Below are positions 14,256 through 26,649 of a DNA stretch of 64,000 nt, piece after piece. How positions within the stretch are numbered: position 1 is the first letter of the stretch; each line of letters starts with the position of its first letter. The position numbers were made by a program, and so were the translations under genes. The stretch is from Narcine bancroftii. Taxonomy: Eukaryota. The notes under the pieces were generated by a model, which searched no databases, was not told where the DNA came from, and saw only the letters and a program-made list of their open reading frames with translations. Location of the stretch: assembly GCF_036971445.1 (NCBI RefSeq), contig NC_091470.1:33976001-34040000 (forward strand), given 5' to 3'.

Positions 14256-15777
14256 CTACAAAAAGAAATGCAATTTATTATTAAACAGGAAGGAGTGATA
14301 TCATAAAATATAACTGTACTGGACTGTACAGACCTGGTTTGCTGCTTGAACTTGTTACCAATAGTGCCTGCTTGTCTCGATTACCAACGCTGTGTCAGCT
14401 AAGTTGTCATTCCAACCTCAAAAACATACCTGCTGGTGGTGTACCCTGAGATCCCATCCCCAACTCCATGATGGTCTTTGGATAACTCACTCCTATCAAA
14501 GGTCTTTGAATTTTTTCAAATGTTTTTCAACTTTTTAAATGAAGTTCAAGCGGGCATAATTTTTAAATTACAATTGAAAATCATTTATAAAAATACCTTA
14601 ACTTCTGAGAAATAAATAAAAAACATTGACATAAAACAAAAAGAAGAAAAATAAGCTAACCAACTCCCTGCACTTTTACTCAGGATTGAAATCCCAATGA
14701 TGCTAGCCAAGAAGTCAGTGGAAAGTCAGATGGGCGAGTATCAGACATCCCGCTCATCTGTGACTCTGTGTTTCAATGCTGAGGTTCAAAACTCAGTGTC
14801 CAACTCTAGTGAAAAGTAATGGTTTGAAGTTTATGGCTGGATGTGCATAATAATATTATAAAATCTCATGTTTGTGTTCTTGAATAATACAATAATTATT
14901 ATTTTTAATCTGGACTAGGACTTCATTAAAGTATAAAAATAATAAACAGTATAGATAAAATGAACAAGACCAAATTAATCCAAAGAAATAAATCTTCATG
15001 ATGTAACTGATGAAATAGGAATAGTAGGGAGGCCACTAGGTTCTTTGAGCCTGCTCAGCCAGTTGTCAAGGCAACAACTGATTTTATACCACCATCCGAA
15101 AAACCTTCAGGGCCACAAATCTAATGATCTCGATCTTAATGGAGACAAAGACTAAGCTTCCATAACCATCAGAGTGGAGAATTTTAAAGGCCCACCACCC
15201 TCTGAATCATCTCTCTCAAGTCTTGAATGGCAGACCGCTAATTCTCAAAATACAGCCCAGCCTGGGATTCCTCAGTCAAGGAAATGGATTTCCCTGCATG
15301 AGCCTGTTGAGACCTTCAAGAAATTTGTGTTTTAATGTGATCAAGTTTTATTCCAAAGAATACAGACACAATCTCTTCAATTGTTCTTGATCTAACAAAA
15401 CCATTATCCTCAGCACAATCTATGAATTTTAACTGCAGTCAGAGGTACTGCACACAAGTAAATCCTTTTTTAGGTAAGGAGTCCAGAGCTACACACAACA
15501 CTTCAGGTGCAGTCTCACTGAATGCCAATACAATTGTAATAAGATATCCTTACTCCTGTAATCAAATATTTCATGTCATAGTTGTAAAGCAACTTTACAA
15601 CAGATGTGCAGAAAAATGTACCGACTTTGAAACTCAAACATTTATAACAGAATACCAAGAAAATTAAACAAGAAACTCTGAAGATGCTGGGGTTGAATGA
15701 ATACATAAACGTGAAGAAACTCAGCAGGTAACACTGCATCCACAGGAAGTAAAGGGTAACCAACATTTCCCTTCCAG

Positions 15778-16015
15778 GGGCAGCATAGATAGCATGGTGA
15801 CTAATGCAACACTGTCACAGTGTCAGTGATCGGGACCCATGCTGTCTGTAAGGAGTTTGTACACTCTCCCAGTATCTTCATGGGTTTCCTCTGGGAGCTC
15901 CAGTTTTCTCCCCCCCCCCCACTTCAAAATCTACCGGGGGGTTGTAGGTCAATTGGGTGTAATTGGCCGGCGTGGGCTGAATTACTGTGATGCACATCTA
16001 AATTTAAATTTAAAC
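15778..16015 (+). mobile_element. tRNA-derived SINE (HE1/V-SINE-like)
   Basis: Core CTGTCTGTAAGGAGTTTGTAC...GGGTTTCCTC..GCTCCAGTTT shared with other copies in the window; AAATTT-repeat tail. Confidence 0.75.
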
Positions 16016-16610
16016 ATTTTGGGCCTGGGCACACTGTTCTATTAAAGATGCAATTTGGACTCTCCAATTTTAATGCACAAGGGAGAGGAAAGTCTTTGGA
16101 TAGAATGGTCCTAACCCATCTTTGACTCCTTCAAGAAAATATGGAGTAGGATCATGTTGTCAATAAACAATAGACAAGTCAACAAGTAGCTTTTGGGTAG
16201 AGACTAGAATTGGCCAATCAGCCTCATGAGCGTTCACTATCATGCAAATTCAGTTTATCTATCTTTCCTGTGTGTTCAACAAAACTTTAAACTTCAGATT
16301 CCTCCAAAAAAAGCAAAGACACAGTCTTCAGTTTTTGCCACAAATTTCCTAGTTATCAACTCCATCACTATCCCTGGCAACCTGAGCCAAGATCCTGCTC
16401 CACATTTTCTGACCATCCATCATATTGGTTGAATTAATGGTCCAAAGGTGGGATAAAATGGTCTTAATCTAGTGACATTATTCATATGAAATTTCCTTTT
16501 TAAAATATTTTTATTGATTTTAATAAAGAACTTATACAAACTAAAAAGGTACAATTTAATGAGATTGTATAGACAGTTACACAAAGTAAGTAAGATATTC
16601 CATATATCAC

Positions 16611-18947
16611 TGTTAAGGACCTGGAAAAACAACCAACTGAAAAACCTCACAAAGATTAGCGTATTCAGAGCCGTTGTCATACCCACACTCCTGTTCGGCT
16701 CCGAATCATGGGTCCTCTACCGGCATCACCTACGGCTCCTAGAACGCTCCATCCTCAACATTCATTGGAGCGCTTTCATCCCTAACGTCGAAGTACTCGA
16801 GATGGCAGAGGTCGACAGCATCGAGTCCACGCTGCTGAAGATCCAGCTGCGCTGGGTGGGTCACATCTCCAGAATGGAGGACCATCGCCTTCCCAAGATC
16901 GTGTTATATGGCGAGCTCTCCACTGGCCACCTTGACAGAGGTGCACCAAAGAAAAGGTACAAGGACTGCCTAAAGAAATCTCTTGGTGCCTGCCACATTG
17001 ACCACCGCCAGTGGGCTGATATCGCCTCAAACCGTGCATCTTGGCGCCTCACAGTTTGGCGGGCAGTAACCTCCTTTGAAGAAGACCGCAGAGCCCACCT
17101 CACTGACAAAAGGCAAAGGAGGAAAAACCCAACACCCAACCCCAACCAACCAATTTTCCCCTGCAACCGCTGCAACCGTGTCTGCCTGTCCCGCATCGGA
17201 CTTATCAGCCACAAACGAGCCTGCAGCTGACGTGGACATTTACCCCCTCCATAAATCTTTGTCCGCGAAGCCAAGCCAAAGAGAGAGAGAGAAGAGGAGC
17301 TGTAATAGTGCTGGGCTTCCACTTGGGAAATTTGACAGCCGTCAAAGCAAGGGAACCACACACTGGAAGCATAAAGGTTAAAACCTTGTGCTTTTGATTC
17401 TTAGTTAATTTTGTGTCTGTCTCTTTAAGAGAACTATTGTTTGTAGTGTTACCATAGTGACTATGATGTTATATGTTGTAATATCCGCCCAGGCTAACTG
17501 CTAACTCTCATTCTACAAAATGTGAAGGAAGCGTGAGCAGGAGAAATTTTTCTTTAAGCTTTGTATCTCGATATATTTTTGTACCTAAGTTCTTATTTCT
17601 CTATATATCTTTGTATCTCTATTATACAGTAATGCTTTGTTATTCACCATTATGAAAGTCTTGTTGTGAAGCTATACAAAATGTTTATCAGTTTTATCAA
17701 TGAACTAAAACTACATAAATTAACAGCCACAGAGTTTGATTTATTGGATTAAAGAGATCTAAATTTGGGATATCGCAGCTCACACTTTGGAAGATGATAC
17801 ATTGAAATTAGGATATATTAGAATAAGGAAAGTGTCATCTACATTTTGATTTAAAGAAAAATTTAATTTTGAACTTTGTTCGGAGGAAAGGATCATATAA
17901 TTTGTCTAAAAGAATTAACAGGAAACCTGTGGGCTTGCAGGAGAATCAGCCTGTAGTTGTTAACTTCTCTCCACCAATGGGGAAAGCTGGAGGCATGCAC
18001 TGGGCAGTTTAAAAAGCCCAGTGTGCTGGTTTCGAAGAGGTTAGTTGTTGGATTGGACTCCAGGCAGTCAGACAGTTGGTCTGACTGTGCATGCCTACCC
18101 AGCAGCTTCAGCAAGCCACATTTTGAGTTGCTTTGTTCACGGGTGCTAGTATTGCCATCTGGAGCTGTATGTCAGTGTGCTTACTGGAAAAAGGACTGAG
18201 CTACTTTGTCCACAGGTGCCAGCTTTGTTGTTCTGACAGAAGTTTGGGGAACTCTGATACCCAGAGTGTGTGTAGGACAGACTAGTTCCCTTTCAAGAGG
18301 AGGACTTCATGTGGCAGGAGTCAGGGACCACTCAAGCAATGGTGTCCAAAGGAAAGAACTTGCGTGACAGAAGGTTACTTGTTAACCCTAAAGAGGGATT
18401 TGAAAGACTCGCGTGACGGAAGGTCACTTGGTAGCCCAAACGAGGGCTTCAGGGGAGTGAACCTCGTGTGGTGACCATTTGGTCACTGTGAAAATTCCAG
18501 GTGAAGTAAGTAAAGGTGGTTGTTGCCACATTTGAAACTTAAGCAAGTCTCGTGTTCCCCTGACAGGGTTGCAAGTCCATAGGGACCACAGTCATCTGGA
18601 TATAGCCTCAAACTAAAAGATCAGTGGTCAAGGAAACAAATAATCCCAAGCCTGGAGACCAGATCTGTGAGCTGTTCGTTCTTGACTGACAGACTTAATG
18701 TGACTGATTTGGGGCTTTTGTTTTGGGAATTTTATTGATTTTTTGGGGCATTTGAGCTTGAACTGTAATGGTCTGGGGTTTTTTCCCCCCATCTACGCCA
18801 TATAATAATCCGTTGTTCTTATAAGGCTGGTGTTCATGTGTTAAGTTTATCAGGTTAATTCTATTATTGTTAGTTTGTTAATAAATTTTGTGTTAAACTT
18901 AACCGATTCATTTATGTGTCTCTCAATTGCTGCTGGGGAGTGTAACA
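16611..18947 (+). mobile_element. Solo LTR-like element (interrupted by an RTE LINE)
   Basis: Termini TGTTA...TAACA flanked by 5-bp direct repeat ATCAC (16606-16610, 18948-18952); AATAAA ~65 nt before the 3' end; no coding region. Confidence 0.7.
16621..17293 (+). mobile_element. 5'-truncated RTE-clade LINE
   Basis: Near-identical to 32137-32823 except for a 21-nt deletion between CGCT repeats; C-terminal CNRC...HKRAC motif; GCCAAGCCAAA plus GA-repeat tail. Confidence 0.9.
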
Positions 18948-18952
18948 ATCAC

Positions 18953-19955
18953 TAACATACATAAATTGTAACTCATATTCTAAATAGTACAAAAAAAAAG
19001 AATAATATTAAAAAAAAGGAAAGAAAATAGTAGAGGAGAAAAACTCAAACCCCTTACCTAACCATATTGCCAGATGCTATATATAACTAGTATTAAAAGA
19101 AAAATGAAGGTTAAAAAAAAAGGAACATGGAAAAGATACAAGTCAAACAATTTAATTATATTGGAGTAAAATTATAAAAGTCAGATAGTAAGTCATAAAT
19201 GACCACAATAACTTCTGGAATCTTGTATCTGAATTATTCATTAAATAACGAATTCTTTCCATGTTCAAACAGGTCATGATGTCATGCAACCACTGATCAT
19301 GAGTAGGTGGGGCAGTATCTTTCCATTTAAGTAAAATCGCAAGCCTCGCCAAAAGAGAGGCAAAATAAATGGCACGACTCTGAACCAAAGATAAAGAAGA
19401 ATCATTCCCTCCCATTGTACACCAAAGGATTCGGTTGAAAAATTTTGATAAAGTATGAAAAACATCTCTCCAGTATTTTTATAGACTAGGACATCTGAAT
19501 TAATGACGCTTCTCCGCTCTTACACCTGTCACACCAGGGAGTCATATTGGAAGAGAGATGAGACAATTTTGCCTTAGACAAATGCACTCCATGTACCACT
19601 TTGAATTGTAATAGACAATGTCCAACACATAACGAAGAGCTATTAACCAACTTAAGAAGCGTGTTCAAATCCACATACAGTGAAATTTAAATCCTGTCCC
19701 CAAGCATTTTTTTAATTTTAACTAACAAAGTCTGATTTAAACCTAACAATTTATCGTAAATAACAGATATTAAACGAAAAAACTCATCTACAAATTTGAT
19801 TCAGATTCTCTTAGGAAATTAGAAACCTGTGATTCGAGAAAATGCCGAACTTGCAAATATCTAAAGATTGGAGATTTGGGCAAGTTAAATTTAGCAGTAA
19901 TCTGTTTAAATGATGCAAAATATCATCAATGAACAGATCCTTAAAACTTTGAATT
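18953..19955 (-). mobile_element. L1-clade LINE 3' fragment (3' tail continues at ~16495-16610)
   Basis: LLQFKVVH...CDRC..EASLIQM and ILLKWKDTAPPTHDQWLHDIM, typical of fish-type L1 ORF2 C-termini; frameshifted. Confidence 0.75.
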
Positions 19956-20269
19956 TTTCAGAGATGGTATAGAGAGGATATATCGTAAAGAGGGTTGAAA
20001 ATTTCAGCATAATCAATATTTAAAAAATAAATATCACTGGCTAATTAAAAATAATTTTTGAAATATATGAATGTAGGAAATCTAAAATTAAAGTTTGCAG
20101 AAAAATATTTAACAAGTCAGGCAGCATTTATGGAAGGAAAACTACAGCTAACGTTTCAAGTCAGGATACCCTTTATAAAAACCAGGAAAGCAAGAAAAAC
20201 GAATTGAGTGGCAAAAAGAGTAGTAGAGCAATGGATGGGTCAAAGGGAATATTACTGAAGATTGCTAAG

Positions 20270-20830
20270 GTGATAAATTGTTGACTCCACGTTGATGCAA
20301 TCACAATGAAGGCTTGCCAGCATCTATACTTTGTGAAGTATCTGAGGAGATTCAGCATGTCACCAAAGATTCTTGTAAACTTCTACAGGTATACCACGGA
20401 GAACATTCTGGCTGGTTGCATCACTGCCTGGTATGGAGGCGCCAACTCTCTGGACAAGAATAAACTCGAGTGAGTTGTTAACTCGGACTGCGACATCAGA
20501 GGCACCAGACTTCACTCCATCGATGACATCTACATGAGGCAGTGTCTTAAAAAAGCAGCCTCCATCCTCAAAGATCTCCACCACCCAAGCCATGCCCTCT
20601 TCACTCTGTTACTATCAGGAAAAGGTGCAGGAGCCTAAAGACAAGCACTCAGCGGCTCAAAGACAGCTTCTTCCCGCTGCCATCAGTTTCCTGAATAATC
20701 GGAACCTTACTTTTTGTGCACTATTTAAAAAAAAATTTGTATAGCAATGTCGTAAGATGGTTATAATAATGAATGCTGCCGCAAAACACTGAACTTCATG
20801 ACTTGTTCCTGACAATAAATTCTGATTCCT
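20270..20830 (+). mobile_element. Rex1/Babar LINE 3' fragment
   Basis: Translates as KACQHLYFVKYLRRFSMSPKILVNFYRYTTENILAGCITAWYG; ends AATAAATTCTGATTC. Confidence 0.75.
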
Positions 20831-20904
20831 ACTCAGCTGAGAAGGACCAAACATAAAATTTCCAATTTTGCTGATGTCATAAAACTAGATGAGAATGTGA
20901 GTCA

Positions 20905-23440
20905 ACAGAGAGACACAGAGCTTCAGAAAGACACAGAGAAGCAGATTGAGTAGGCATTATTTCAATGTGACGTACAGAGAGACACAGAGCTTCAGAGAGA
21001 CACAGAGAAGCAGATTGAGTAGGCATTATTTCAATGTGGTGTACAGAGAGACACAGAGCTTCAGAAAGACACAGAGAAGCAGATTGAGTAGGCATTATTT
21101 CAATGTGGCGGACAGAGAGACACAGAGCTTCAGAAAGACACAGAGAAGCAGATTGAGTAGGCATTATTTCAATGTGGCGTACAGAGAGACACAGAGCTTC
21201 AGAGAGACACAGAGAAGCAGATTGAGTAGGCATTATTTCAATGTGGTGTACAGAGAGACACAGAGCTTCAGAAAGACACAGAGAAGCAGATTGAGTAGGC
21301 ATTATTTCAATGTGGCGTACAGAGAGACACAGAGCTTCAGAAAGACACAGAGAAGCAGATTGAGTAGGCATTATTTCAATGTGGCGTACAGAGAGACACA
21401 GAGCTTCAGAGAGACACAGAGAAGCAGATTGAGTAGGCATTATTTCAATGTGGCGTACAGAGAGACACAGAGCTTCAGAGAGACACAGAGAAGCAGATTG
21501 AGTAGGCATTATTTCAATGTGGCGTACAGAGAGACACAGAGCTTCAGAGAGACACAGAGAAGCAGATTGAGTAGGCATTATTTCAATGTGGCATACAGAG
21601 AGACACAGAGCTTCAGAGAGACACAGAGAAGCAGATTGAGTAGGCATTATTTCAATGTGGTGTACAGAGAGACACAGAGCTTCAGAAAGACACAGAGAAG
21701 CAGATTGAGTAGGCATTATTTCAATGTGGTGTACAGAGAGACACAGAGCTTCAGAGAGACACAGAGAAGCAGATTGAGTAGGCATTATTTCAATGTGGTG
21801 TACAGAGAGACACAGAGCTTCAGAGAGACACAGAGAAGCAGATTGAGTAGGCATTATTTCAATGTGGTGTACAGAGAGACACAGAGCTTCAGAGAGACAC
21901 AGAGAAGCAGATTGAGTAGGCATTATTTCAATGTGGTGTACAGAGAGACACAGAGCTTCAGAGAGACACAGAGAAGCAGATTGAGTAGGCATTATTTCAA
22001 TGTGGTGTACAGAGAGACACAGAGCTTCAGAAAGACACAGAGAAGCAGATTGAGTAGGCATTATTTCAATGTGGCGTACAGAGAGACACAGAGCTTCAGA
22101 AAGACACAGAGAAGCAGATTGAGTAGGCATTATTTCAATGTGGCGTACAGAGAGACACAGAGCTTCAGAGAGACACAGAGAAGCAGATTGAGTAGGCATT
22201 ATTTCAATGTGGTGTACAGAGAGACACAGAGCTTCAGAAAGACACAGAGAAGCAGACTGAGTAGGCATTATTTCAATGTGGTGTACAGAGAGACACAGAG
22301 CTTCAGAAAGACACAGAGAAGCAGATTGAGTAGGTATTATTTCAATGTGGTGTTCAGAGAGACACAGAGCTTCAGAGAGACACAGAGAAGCAGACTGAGT
22401 AGGCATTATTTCAATGTGGTGTACAGAGAGACACAGAGCTTCAGAAAGACACAGAGAAGCAGATTGAGTAGGCATTATTTCAATGTGGTGGACAGAGAGA
22501 CACAGAGCTTCAGAGAGACACAGAGAAGCAGATTGAGTAGGCATTATTTCAATGTGGTGTACAGAGAGACACAGAGCTTCAGAAAGACACAGAGAAGCAG
22601 ATTGAGTAGGCATTATTTCAATGTGGTGGACAGAGAGACACAGAGCTTCAGAGAGACACAGAGAAGCAGATTGAGTAGGCATTATTTCAATGTGGTGTAC
22701 AGAGAGACACAGAGCCTCAGAAAGACACAGAGAAGCAGATTGAGTAGGCATTATTTCAATGTGGTGTACAGAGAGACACAGAGCTTCAGAGAGACACAGA
22801 GAAGCAGATTGAGTAGGCATTATTTCAATGTGGTGTACAGAGAGACACAGAGCTTCAGAAAGACACAGAGAAGCAGATTGAGTAGGCATTATTTCAATGT
22901 GGTGTATAGAGAGACACAGAGCTTCAGAAAGACACAGAGAAGCAGATTGAGTAGGCATTATTTCAATGTGGTGTACAGAGAGACACAGAGCTTCAGAAAG
23001 ACACAGAGAAGCAGATTGAGTAGGCATTATTTCAATGTGGTGTACAGAGAGACACAGAGAAGCAGATTGAGTAGGCATTATTTCAATGTGGCGTACAGAG
23101 AGACACAGAGCTTCAGAAAGACACAGAGAAGCAGATTGAGTAGGCATTATTTCAATGTGGTGTACAGAGAGACACAGAGCTTCAGAAAGACACAGAGAAG
23201 CAGATTGAGTAGGCATTATTTCAATGTGGTGTTCAGAGAGACACAGAGCTTCAGAGAGACACAGAAGCAGATTGAGTAGGCATTATTTCAATGTGGTGTA
23301 CAGAGAGACACAGAGCTTCAGAGAGACACAGAGAAGCAGATTGAGTAGGCATTATTTCAATGTGGTGTACAGAGAGACACAGAGCTTCAGAAAGACATAG
23401 AGAAGCAGATTGAGTAGGCATTATTTCAATGTGGTGTACA
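20905..23440. repeat. 69-bp minisatellite, ~37 copies
   Basis: Unit ACAGAGAGACACAGAGCTTCAGA(A/G)AGACACAGAGAAGCAGATTGAGTAGGCATTATTTCAATGTGG(T/C)GT; 23-aa periodicity in both long ORFs. Confidence 0.97.
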
Positions 23441-23479
23441 ATAAGCAAAAATTTGAAAAAGTTCATGGTGGTGGAAGAA

Positions 23480-23950
23480 ACAGAAATATTGAGCTTGTTT
23501 TACAATAATTCATAAAGGAATGATGGGTGTCCTTCTGCACAATTCACTAAAAGCCAGATGCAGCAGGATGGCAAATGATATTTAGTGCCAAAGATTTGAG
23601 TACAGCATTTAAGACAGGAGTAACACCATCTTACTACAATTATACAAGCCCTGGTGACACTGTTCCTGGGTATTGAATACAATTTTGATCGTAAAAATAG
23701 GAAAGACTCCAATGGAGGAAGCGGAACAAAGATTCATCAGTCTCCTTCCTGGGACAGCAGAAATGTCATAGGAGCAGGGAGTAAGGTAGCTAAATCTATA
23801 GTTTGGAAGAGTGAGAGGTAACCTTACTAAAACACAAAAACCTTTGGCTAGAATTAACTCTCAAAATAAGTCACCCATTTAATATTGAATTTTTTTTAAA
23901 GAAATTTCTACCGAGCTGTGGAGGCTCAGTCATTCATTAACATTCAAAAC
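23480..23950 (+). mobile_element. Degraded CR1 LINE (continuation of the RT segment starting ~20855)
   Basis: Remnants of GVLxHNSLK, FEY and LLQLYK.LV motifs of CR1 ORF2. Confidence 0.55.
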
Positions 23951-24383
23951 TGACATTTCAACATGCACATAGCATGGTAACAGGCCATTTCAGCCCACCG
24001 GCTGAAGCCGTCCAATTACACCCCACTGACCAATTGAATATTGATAGATTTTTGGATATTGTTCTGGAAATAGGGGACAGTTTTGGTGTTGAGAGAGATG
24101 ATCAAAGATCTTATAGAACGGTGCAGTAGGCATGAAAACTCTCGAGAAACCTTTTACTAACACTAACCTGCAGCAGGTCAATTTTATCCTTCAACACATT
24201 GGTCAAGCAACTCTATCAAGATTTTTACACGGCTTTATTCGCCAGTATTGTAATTTTTGCTAACCTTTTAAGCCATCAAGATCTCTGCATTCCTACAAAT
24301 CTTCGCCATGCTATGATTTCCCCTGAGCTGCAACAGCCTTGCCTTCAGTTTTAAAACAAGTTGTTACAAATACATTTTACTTA

Positions 24384-24542
<159 letters not shown>

Positions 24543-24925
24543 TCAAATAACCAAAGACCACTGGCAAAATTTAAAAAAAAATACATGAATATACAAAAGC
24601 TGAATGTTACATTTTTAAGTAGAAAAAATTGCTCAGTTGTAATGGTTACAGAAACTAGCTCTGAATATGATCATCTAACTGGTGAAATCCAATGGATTAA
24701 TCCCTCTGTGATGTCTCTCCTGTGACTGGACTTGGTCTTTCAGACGGGATGTTAAATTGATGTCTTTGTGAAAGATCCCATTGTTACCATTAAGGGGGTA
24801 GGGGCAGTAATCCAATAAAACAATAACCAAGAACATTCATGGTGGTAACTGGCCACCATGTTCCCCACACAATATCAGCAATAGCTGTACTTTTTAAAAA
24901 AGGTTGAAACACAAAATCTGCAGAT

Positions 24926-25135
24926 AAAGGTAAAGGTTCCATTATTGTCACAAAATACTACATTCAGAATGTAACATACATGAAATTCTTTAACTTTTGT
25001 CTACTGTAAGGCACACAGAGAGTCACGACTTTGTACAGCGCCTCTCACAGAAACCTACAGCACCTGGTGTAACCAGGTAATCTCTCCTCAAAGTACTGAC
25101 CAGTCCTGAACCTGCTTAGCTTCTGAGATCAAACT
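24926..25135 (-). mobile_element. 5S rRNA-derived SINE-like element (5'-truncated)
   Basis: Minus strand TGATCTCAGAAGCTAAGCAGGTTCAGGACTGGTCAGTACTTTGAGGAGAGATTACCTGGTTACACCAGGTGCTGTAGGTTT aligns by eye with the 3' two-thirds of 5S rRNA; followed by ~110 nt of unrelated body and an (ACCTTT)2 tail. Confidence 0.75.
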
Positions 25136-25169
25136 GCTTAGGAAAACCAGATGTCGCAGAGCCTCCCAG

Positions 25170-25700
25170 CTGTGATTGTAGTAAAATCACACTGAGATGC
25201 TGGAGGAACTCAACCAGACTCACAGTGTCCATAGGAGGTAAAGTTATAATACTCAAGTTTTGGGTCTGCGCCCCTCTTCAAGGAATAAGCAAAGAACAGG
25301 AAGAATGGCTGGGGGAGGATTTCAAACCAACAAAAGGTATATTCCATGCCTAACTTCCATGCTGACAAGTTTGTCCATGGCCTTGTACTATCCCAGCAAG
25401 ACCACTCATAAATTGGAGAAACAACACTTGATTTTCCATCTGGGCACTCTCCATTAATATTGACTTTTCCAGATTCGACTAGCCTACTCTTTGTTCTCCC
25501 TCCCTTCCCTTTCTGTTTGTCTTCTTTTCTCCAACTTTCTACCCCCTTCCCTCTCCATTCAGAGATCCATCTCTCTTCCCCCCTCTTTGCTGGTGTGTCC
25601 TCACTCCCTCATTCACCTATTACCTCCTACTTTTGGGATTGTGCTCCTCCCACTGCCCCTTCACCAATCCCCAACATTTTCTTTGGGTGCCTGTCCAAAG
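25170..25700. mobile_element. Penelope-like element remnants
   Basis: + strand TTHKLEKQHLIFHLGTLH resembles the Penelope GIY-YIG C-terminus; pyrimidine-rich 3' region; GATGCTGGAGGAACTCA terminal motif recurring in the window. Confidence 0.55.
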
Positions 25701-25701
25701 G

Positions 25702-26600
25702 CAGAGGGGGGGGGGGAAGAGAGAGGGGGGGAAGAGAGAGGGGAGGGAAGAGAGAGGGGGGGGAAGAGAGAGGGGGGGGAAGAGAGAGGGGGGGGAAGAG
25801 AGAGGGGGGGAAGAGAGAGGGGGGAAGAGAGAGGGGGGGGGAGAGAGAGGGGGGGAAGGGGAAAGAGAGAGAGGGGGAAGGGGAAAGAGAGAGAGGGGGA
25901 AGGGGAAAGAGAGAGAGAGAGGGAAGGGGAAAGAGAGAGAGAGGGAAGAGAGAGGGGGGGGAAGAGAGAGGGGGGGGAAGAGAGAGGGGGGGAAGAGAGA
26001 GGGGGGGAAGAGAGAGGGGGGGGAAGAGAGAGGGGGGGGAAGAGAGAGGGGGGGGAAGAGAGAGGGGGGGGAAGAGAGAGGGGGGGAAGGGGAAAGAGAG
26101 AGAGGGGGAAGGGGAAAGAGAGAGAGAGAGGGAAGGGGAAAGAGAGAGAGAGAGGGAAGGGGAAAGAGAGAGAGAGGGGAAGGGGAAAGAGAGATAGAGG
26201 GAAGGGGAAAGAGAGAGAGAGGGAAGGGGAAAGAGAGAGAGAGAGGGAAGGGGAAAGAGAGAGAGAGGGAAGGGGAAAGAGAGAGAGAGAGGGAAGGGGA
26301 AAGAGAGAGAGAGAGGGAAGGGGAAAGAGAAAGAGGGAAGGGGAAAGAGAGAGAGAAGGGGAAAGAGAGAGAGAGGGAAGGGGAAAGAGAGAGAGAGAGG
26401 GAAGGGGAAAGAGAGAGAGAGGGAAGGGGAAAGAGAGAGAGAGGGAAGGGGAAAGAGAGAGAGAGAGGGAAGGGGAAAGAGAGAGAGAGAGGGAAGGGGA
26501 AAGAGAGAGAGAGAGGGAAGGGGAGAGAGAGAGAGGGAAGGGGAAAGAGAGAGAGAGAGGGAAGGGGAAAGAGAGAGAGGGAAGGGGAGAAAGAGCGAGA
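25702..26600. repeat. ~900-bp polypurine/polypyrimidine compound satellite
   Basis: Almost pure G/A: G-run+AAGAGAGA units grading into GGGAAGGGGAAA(GA)n units. Confidence 0.95.
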
Positions 26601-26649
26601 AGATGAGGTGTTGTTCCTCCAGTTTGCGGGTGGTCTCAGTCTGGCAGTG

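Noticed and set aside
16514-17230. 238-aa ORF as a host gene
   Set aside because: Chimera of L1 tail, LTR end and RTE C-terminus; no real start codon context.
20905-23440. CRISPR-like array, or 777/779-aa repeat proteins on both strands
   Set aside because: Units are contiguous with no unique spacers, there are no cas genes, and the context is a vertebrate intron. The ORFs arise because the 69-bp unit lacks stops in those frames.
25051-25133. Functional 5S rRNA gene
   Set aside because: Lacks the 5' third of 5S, box C is degenerate, and it is fused to a retroposon-like tail.
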